Assembly (NCBI GenBank): GCA_963828525.1
Contig: CAWHEP010000009.1
Span: forward strand, 256,001 to 320,000
Length of the DNA stretch: 64,000 nt
Direction of reading: 5' to 3'
Source: an uncultured Verrucomicrobiae bacterium
GTDB taxonomy: Bacteria; Verrucomicrobiota; Verrucomicrobiia; Chthoniobacterales; Chthoniobacteraceae
The notes beneath the pieces were generated by a model. That model ran no database searches. It was not told where the DNA came from and saw nothing but the letters and a program-made list of their open reading frames with translations. Shown here in pieces: positions 58,636-64,000 of the stretch. The translations under genes and the position numbers were made by a program. Each line of letters opens with the position of its first letter. The first letter of the stretch is position 1.

Positions 58636-59815
58636 GCGAGCCACTTGGACGCTGTTCAGCGCAGAACTCCTCGATCCTTTTCATTGCGACCTTGATCTGA
58701 TCCAAGCCTGTCGCGTAGCTGCAACGCACAAATCCTTCCCCACTCGGTCCGAATGCGCCTCCTGGCACCACCGCCACCTTTTTCTCTCGCAGCAACCGCA
58801 GGGAAAACTCTCCACTGGTCAGCCCCGTTCTTGCAATCTTGGGAAAGACATAAAACGCCCCCAAGGGCTTGAAGCATTCCAGCCCCATATCGTTAAGGCT
58901 GCGCACGATGAAGTTGCGGCGGAGTTCATACTCTCGGCGCATTGAAGTAATATCACGTTCGCCACATTCGAGCGCTTCGATGGCCGCGTCCTGAGAAGTA
59001 ATGCTCGCGCATAAAATGCCATATTGGTGAATCTTCATCATGGCCTCTATCAGGATCGCTGGCGCGCACGCGTAGCCTATTCGGAAGCCGGTCATCGCGA
59101 ACGCCTTTGAGAACCCATGGAGAAGGATGACGCGCTCCCTCATCCCAGGCAGCGCCGCGATAGATACGTGGTCTGTTCCGTCGTAGGTCAGTTCGCTGTA
59201 GATCTCATCCGAAAGGACAACCAGGTCGTGCCGAACGCAAAGCGCCGCGATTTTTTCCAACTCGGCGCGGGTCTGGGTGGCCCCGGTAGGATTCGTGGGA
59301 AAGTTCAGGAGCAATACCTTCGAGGCTGGCGTGATTCGTTTTTCAAGTTCCTCCGCTGTAAGTTGAAAGTTTTCGCGCGCGGAAGTGGATACAGCAACGG
59401 GGATGCCATGGGCCAGCACTATGCTCGGGCTATACGAGACATAGCACGGTTCGTGATAGAGGACTTCATCTCCGGGATTGACGAGGGCGCGGAGCGCCAG
59501 GTCTATGGCTTCGGACACACCCACAGTCACGATCACCTCCGTCAGCGGCTCGTAGCCGACTTTAAAAAACTTGCCGACGTAGCCCGCTATCGCCTCCCGA
59601 AGCTTCGGAAGACCCAAGTTGGATGTGTAGCCCGTGCGGCCTTTTTCCAAGGAGTAGATGGCGGCTTCCCGGATATGCCACGGCGTGTCGAAATCAGGCT
59701 CGCCGATGCCAAGAGAGATGACGTCGCTCATCGTCTGCACAACCTCAAAGAAGTCGCGAATGCCGGATCGGGGAATTCCGCGCACATGTTCGGCAACATG
59801 TTTTTTCAGATTCAT
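58628..59815 (-). CDS. PLP-dependent aminotransferase class I/II
   Basis: GEPDF, PTNPTG, DEIY, GFSKAFAMTGFRIG. Confidence 0.95.
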   Translation of the reverse strand: MNLKKHVAEHVRGIPRSGIRDFFEVVQTMSDVISLGIGEPDFDTPWHIREAAIYSLEKGRTGYTSNLGLPKLREAIAGYVGKFFKVGYEPLTEVIVTVGVSEAIDLALRALVNPGDEVLYHEPCYVSYSPSIVLAHGIPVAVSTSARENFQLTAEELEKRITPASKVLLLNFPTNPTGATQTRAELEKIAALCVRHDLVVLSDEIYSELTYDGTDHVSIAALPGMRERVILLHGFSKAFAMTGFRIGYACAPAILIEAMMKIHQYGILCASITSQDAAIEALECGERDITSMRREYELRRNFIVRSLNDMGLECFKPLGAFYVFPKIARTGLTSGEFSLRLLREKKVAVVPGGAFGPSGEGFVRCSYATGLDQIKVAMKRIEEFCAEQRPSGSHE

Positions 59816-59880
59816 AGGTATCGAGGGAGGATCAACTTACTCCGAAAAGGGCCGAGGGAAAGCTCTTCAGGCCGGTCACC

Positions 59881-60360
59881 TCACGGACTGACCGCAAGCC
59901 TTTTTTCCCGCTCTTCGCGCTGGAGCAGGGATCCATTCTCCTTATAGGCCTTCAGGCGGAAATGCGTGGCCGTGGAAAGAACTCCCTTAATCGTGCTCAA
60001 TTTCTCAGCGATGAAACTGGCAATCGAGTGCAATGTGCGCCCTTCGGCGATCACAAGCAGATCGTACCCGCCACTCATTAGATAACAACTCTGCACCTCT
60101 TCAAACCTGGCGATCCGGCTCGCAAGCCGATCAAACCCGCCGCCCCGCTCCGGGGCAATCTTCACCTCGATAACGGCGGTAACCACCGCGTCTCCGACCT
60201 TCTCTGGGTCAAGCAGGGCGTGGTAGCCAAGTATGACGCCTTCCCGTTCAAAGTCCGTGATCCGCGCGACGACATCCGGCTCATCGAGGTTAAGCTCCCT
60301 CGCAAGATCGCTCGGCGAGGAGCGCGCGTTCTCCTTCAGCAGTCGTAAAATCGGATCCAT
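59881..60360 (-). CDS. Lrp/AsnC family regulator
   Basis: ILRLLKENAR, GVILGY, YLMSGGYDL, TATHF.LK.YK. Confidence 0.9.
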   Translation of the reverse strand: MDPILRLLKENARSSPSDLARELNLDEPDVVARITDFEREGVILGYHALLDPEKVGDAVVTAVIEVKIAPERGGGFDRLASRIARFEEVQSCYLMSGGYDLLVIAEGRTLHSIASFIAEKLSTIKGVLSTATHFRLKAYKENGSLLQREEREKRLAVSP

Positions 60361-60419
60361 AGTTGAATGAAAGATTCGTCGCGGGGCGGCAAAACGATGA
60401 CTTTCCAGGCCTTGTCGGA

Positions 60420-61373
60420 CTAAAGTCCCTCGTCCTTCTTCAGGCGCCGCCCGGCAGCCGCCCACTCGTCGTAGAGCTGCCAGCCCCGGCTGAGAAACTG
60501 CTCCGCCTCCGCAAATCGATCCGTCGAACCAAGAACCACCACCGAGATGCGGCGTGGCGTCACAATAAAAGTCTCTCCCTCCTTGCGCGTCTCAGCGCGC
60601 TGCGCGGCTGAAATGATTACGCACCCTCCGGCGCGACTGGTCTGGCCAGTCTTCACGCCGTCCACAGCGTTAATGCCTAGTAGTTCATTCGTATTCTTGA
60701 GCAAGTACTGGGTAGGAGAACCGGCTTCGTGCTCAATCGTGATCGCCCTTTCCTTTTGAGAAACGTAGAAGCGAAAGGAAGCTTTCGACATGGCGTAGCG
60801 TGTGAGTCTCGCCATGTCCGAGGCAGTCGAATACGGAAGCTTGCGTTCGATGCTGTCCAGACCATGAGGATTCAGGAACAGAGTGCGCTCCATATGCAGC
60901 CTCCTCGCCAGAGCGTTCATTTGCGAGACAAACACGACCTGAGGGTCGTTCGCGTGTTCCGACGAAGCGCTTCCACTCAACTCCTGGCCGACATAATCCG
61001 CAAGGGTGAGAGCCGCTATGTTGTCGGACTGCAACAGAGCAGCATACAGCAGGCTGCGAAGGCTCACCCTGTCACCAGGCTGCAATCCCGTATCCTCCGC
61101 CCCGCGCAGTGTAGACGCGGATTGGGGAACGGTCACCAAGGTTCCGGCATCCCGTTTGGACAGGTCCATCCAATCGAGCACAACCATAGCTGTGGCGATC
61201 TTGGTCAGGCTGGCGATCTGAACTTTGCGAGTGGCATTCGACGCCTCCAGCACATGCCCGCTAATGGCATCGCTGATCTCGTAGGCATCGGCTGCCAATA
61301 CTCTGGCGTGATCGCAATGAAACGCGAGGAGTAGCGATGCTGAAAGCAAAATTCCGGGACGTAAGCGGCTCAT
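60420..61373 (-). CDS. D-alanyl-D-alanine carboxypeptidase (peptidase S11)
   Basis: SLTK (SxxK), SDN (SxN), NPHGL, KTG. Confidence 0.9.
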   Translation of the reverse strand: MSRLRPGILLSASLLLAFHCDHARVLAADAYEISDAISGHVLEASNATRKVQIASLTKIATAMVVLDWMDLSKRDAGTLVTVPQSASTLRGAEDTGLQPGDRVSLRSLLYAALLQSDNIAALTLADYVGQELSGSASSEHANDPQVVFVSQMNALARRLHMERTLFLNPHGLDSIERKLPYSTASDMARLTRYAMSKASFRFYVSQKERAITIEHEAGSPTQYLLKNTNELLGINAVDGVKTGQTSRAGGCVIISAAQRAETRKEGETFIVTPRRISVVVLGSTDRFAEAEQFLSRGWQLYDEWAAAGRRLKKDEGL

Positions 61374-61530
61374 TGGGAGGGCGGGAGTCTATTGATCCCT
61401 GCTCGAAATGGCAAGAACAACCGCGAGTTAGTTTTCCGAGGGCGCCACGCCACGCGATCTCGTGAAGGCCCTTCCGAAAGACGCCCAGTCCACAGTGCCA
61501 CGGCTCTCCGGCACAGCTACAGGGATATTA

Positions 61531-61713
61531 CTACTCGAACTCAGAGTCCGGGCGCAAAGAGGCAGTCAGAATTTCCTCGGCTACTATCCCGCCTCTCGTG
61601 TAGTGGTTGCCAGCCTGATTCTTCCAGATTTCCTTCGACGCCCATGTTTCCCCCTGACCCGAGGCGCTGGCAGCATAGTCACCGATAAGATTCGTCTCAA
61701 GTTCAGGTGACAT
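61531..61713 (-). CDS. Possible small hypothetical protein
   Basis: 60-aa ATG ORF in an otherwise empty gap; no motif. Confidence 0.25.
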   Translation of the reverse strand: MSPELETNLIGDYAASASGQGETWASKEIWKNQAGNHYTRGGIVAEEILTASLRPDSEFE

Positions 61714-61797
61714 GGTTGTAACCCGAACTAATTGTAATTTACCGGACGGCGCGATGCGGCAATCGCGAAGAACTTCCGCGCTGGGTTTCGAACCCGT

Positions 61798-62460
61798 CTA
61801 CCTGATCGTTGGGGAGGTGCGGGACCCGTAGGCGTGGGGATCCGTGCTCAGCGCCATCATCACGCGCTCCGCGGCGTTCCGGAAATCGAAAGCAGCGGCG
61901 TCGCCCAAGCCTGGAGCGGTGACCGAGCCGTGGAACCCCGTCCAATTGCTCCCGCCATCGAGATCAAACTCATAAAGCACATTCCCGCGTTTCGCGTACG
62001 AGGTTTCAGTTTCATCCTTCGCGTCCTTGCCATCAACGGCGGCCTGACGCGCGCCAGCGTCCGTGATTCTCACGTGAATTTTGACATGCGACTTGCCAAG
62101 GGGTCCAAGGGAAAGCGCCCGTAACGCGCGCTTTCCGCCGTTCACCTCGTCGAACGTGCCCTCCACCAGCCAGCCAGTCCGCGGCACTTCATTGTCCTTA
62201 AGAACCATGGCGGGCGCAATCATCTCCATCTCCTCCTTCAAATCCTCGGCGAATTGCGCTGGCGCGAGGGAGCGGCGAATGGGGCGTTCGCCCCGGTTGC
62301 TGTGATCGCCGATGAATTCCGCCTGACTGATGTCAAACGGACGGATGTAAATCGCAGCGGGGTGAGTCGCTCCGGAGGCGACAGATGTATGTGAAACGTG
62401 GACTCCCGCGCAGGAAGTCACAACGAGCGCAAGGCAAGGGGCAAAGAGGCGTATTTTCAT
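61798..62460 (-). CDS. Lipoprotein, DUF4410-like
   Basis: Lipobox VTSC, IYIRPFD, LVEGTF.EVNGG.RA.R. Confidence 0.6.
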   Translation of the reverse strand: MKIRLFAPCLALVVTSCAGVHVSHTSVASGATHPAAIYIRPFDISQAEFIGDHSNRGERPIRRSLAPAQFAEDLKEEMEMIAPAMVLKDNEVPRTGWLVEGTFDEVNGGKRALRALSLGPLGKSHVKIHVRITDAGARQAAVDGKDAKDETETSYAKRGNVLYEFDLDGGSNWTGFHGSVTAPGLGDAAAFDFRNAAERVMMALSTDPHAYGSRTSPTIR

Positions 62461-62490
62461 ATGGTGGAAGGGTTAGACTTCTCTCCATAG

Positions 62491-62506
62491 TGCAAGAAGT
62501 GTGCCC
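62491..62506 (-). promoter_or_regulatory. Sigma54-like promoter (GGGCACA-CTTC-TTGCA) upstream of the lipoprotein gene
   Basis: Close match to TGGCACG-N4-TTGCA, 30 bp before ATG 62460. Confidence 0.5.
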
Positions 62507-62516
62507 CGCTATGCTC

Positions 62517-62990
62517 TCACAACGACAGATTTAGAAGCGGGGCGCTGGATGGACTCCAGGGGTTGACTCGAAATTCCTGAGACGCAATCTCTTGAGCAGT
62601 AAAGAGGCAGTCCGCGGAGAGGGTTTCGACATCGAGCCACATGTAGGCTGGGCGGAACGGTTCCAGATTCTTGGCGGCCAGTCGCAAGAGCCGCTCCGCG
62701 GGCCGCAGGCGGCGACCATCCTTAGGGTGATCCGGGCGGCCGAACTGCTTTTGCATGTGGACGTACGCTCCTGCGACCTGAATAAGACCTTTGAAAAAAC
62801 GGTGGTCATCAGACAGTGTCCTCAGCCAGAGATCCTCCAGAACGTCGTGAGCTTCGTAATATTGCCGCGCGTTGAAACACTCGAAGAACCCGGCGTAGTG
62901 AGGATCAATCTCATTCCGCGCGCCGGGATCCTGCTGCCTCACAAACGCGGCGATGCGTTCTTGCTTCCTCATAGCAATGAAATTTTCCAT
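62517..62990 (-). CDS. DUF309 family protein
   Basis: FNARQYYEAHDVLEDLW, KGLIQVAGAYVH. Confidence 0.85.
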   Translation of the reverse strand: MENFIAMRKQERIAAFVRQQDPGARNEIDPHYAGFFECFNARQYYEAHDVLEDLWLRTLSDDHRFFKGLIQVAGAYVHMQKQFGRPDHPKDGRRLRPAERLLRLAAKNLEPFRPAYMWLDVETLSADCLFTAQEIASQEFRVNPWSPSSAPLLNLSL

Positions 62991-63118
62991 TCCAAGACGA
63001 GTGTCGAGGACATATTAAAAGTTTGTGAGACTTACGAATTACAAGAGAGCATTAGCGCTTCAGGGGTTCTCGCATAACAGCGCGCGGCATTCCGGCGGCG
63101 CCTTCGAACGATCACACT

Positions 63119-64000
63119 ATGTCTAGAGCGATCGTCGTCGCGGGAAGCCTGCTTCTCTGCGTCACGCTCGCCATCGCTTCGGCTCTATTTTCTGGAGTGG
63201 AAGCGGCGCTGCTCTCCCTCAAGTCATTTCATATCCAGCGTCTGAAGGGCAAAGATGAGAAGCTGGCGGCATCCATCGAAATTTTGATGAAAGAACCTCG
63301 GACAGTGGTGAGCGCGTCGCTGATCGGAGGGGCAATCACAAATTTGCCGCTGCTGGCTCTGGGCATTTTCCTGATGCGCGAGGTGCTTCCTCGACTGCTG
63401 CCCTTCCCCCTGGAAGCCCTGATTTTTTTCACCGTCCTCGTTCTATTTTGCGAGTTCATTCCCAAACTGATTGCGTTGGGAGACCCTTGCCGTTTCGCGC
63501 GCGTGGGCGTTTTCACGCTTCCGCGGATGCTTCCCATTTTTGAACCGATTTCGCGCCTCCTCCAAAGATGCAGCGAGGAAATCGCGGAATGGATCATACC
63601 AAGGAGAACTGAACCCCACCGTCCGCTCTCGGCGCAGGAATTCGAAACTCTCTCTCAACTCGCCGTCGAAGAAGGCGCGCTCCTGCCCGTGGAGGGTGGG
63701 ATGATTCAAGAAATCATCAAACTCGGAGAAAAGACGGCGAGAGACTGCATGACGCCGAGGACTGACGCGTTTGCGGTTCCAGACGACCTTACCAACGAGG
63801 AGATCATTCCGATGCTGCAGAGAGAACGCCATCGCCGTGTCCCTGTGTATGATGAAACTCCAGACAACATCATCGGCATCATTGATGTCGCCGCTTTTCT
63901 TTCCGGTGATTCCGAGCACTACACCGAAAGCATGATTCCCCCTTCGTTTGTCTCAGAGACGATGAAGGCGCTCGATCTTCTGCGCAGCTTCCTGACTCAT
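63119..64000 (+). CDS. CNNM/DUF21 + CBS domain protein (HlyC/CorC family), runs off window end
   Basis: Manual translation: SALFSGVEAALLSL, CEFIPK, MTPRTD, HRRVPVY....DNIIGI. Absent from the ORF track because there is no stop in the window. Confidence 0.85.
   Translation, partial: MSRAIVVAGSLLLCVTLAIASALFSGVEAALLSLKSFHIQRLKGKDEKLAASIEILMKEPRTVVSASLIGGAITNLPLLALGIFLMREVLPRLLPFPLEALIFFTVLVLFCEFIPKLIALGDPCRFARVGVFTLPRMLPIFEPISRLLQRCSEEIAEWIIPRRTEPHRPLSAQEFETLSQLAVEEGALLPVEGGMIQEIIKLGEKTARDCMTPRTDAFAVPDDLTNEEIIPMLQRERHRRVPVYDETPDNIIGIIDVAAFLSGDSEHYTESMIPPSFVSETMKALDLLRSFLTH

Noticed and set aside
58628..60360. Lrp/AsnC plus aminotransferase pair as a novel system
   Set aside because: This is a common, well-known gene pair.
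1..64000. CRISPR array, tRNA, rRNA, prophage
   Set aside because: No periodic repeat-spacer pattern, cloverleaf, rRNA signature or phage gene was recognised, and intergenic gaps are short. This was checked by eye only.

Overview
Bacterial, GC-rich, gene-dense window. Gene content (Wzx/Wzy EPS loci, exosortase/EpsI, TIGR04073-like and CAAX-like exosortase-associated genes, glnD-nadE, pilMNO) suggests Verrucomicrobiota, possibly Chthoniobacterales-like; this is inference only. Layout: (1) 1-11.8 kb, a conventional minus-strand Wzx/Wzy polysaccharide operon. (2) 12-20.2 kb, a BrnT/BrnA-like pair, glyoxalase, xylB, Rrf2, an M14-like peptidase, peroxiredoxin and acnA. (3) 20.2-42.2 kb, the most interesting part: a second polysaccharide locus with a built-in Ser-phosphorylation partner-switching circuit. 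It has a WecB/TagA glycosyltransferase fused to two STAS domains, a free STAS protein, an RsbW-kinase/GAF/PP2C fusion, a lone receiver and a hybrid histidine kinase. It also carries a uridine kinase, a Pol-beta-type nucleotidyltransferase, an alkaline-phosphatase-superfamily enzyme, an apparent pseudo-enzyme and a split exosortase cassette. (4) About 44.0-45.5 kb, a mosaic or chimeric-looking segment interrupting an acyltransferase. (5) 45.6-64 kb, mostly housekeeping genes. About a dozen single-base frameshifts, mostly insertions, probably reflect sequencing or consensus error. No rRNA, tRNA, CRISPR array or transposase was recognised. All family calls come from motif recognition by eye, not from database searches.
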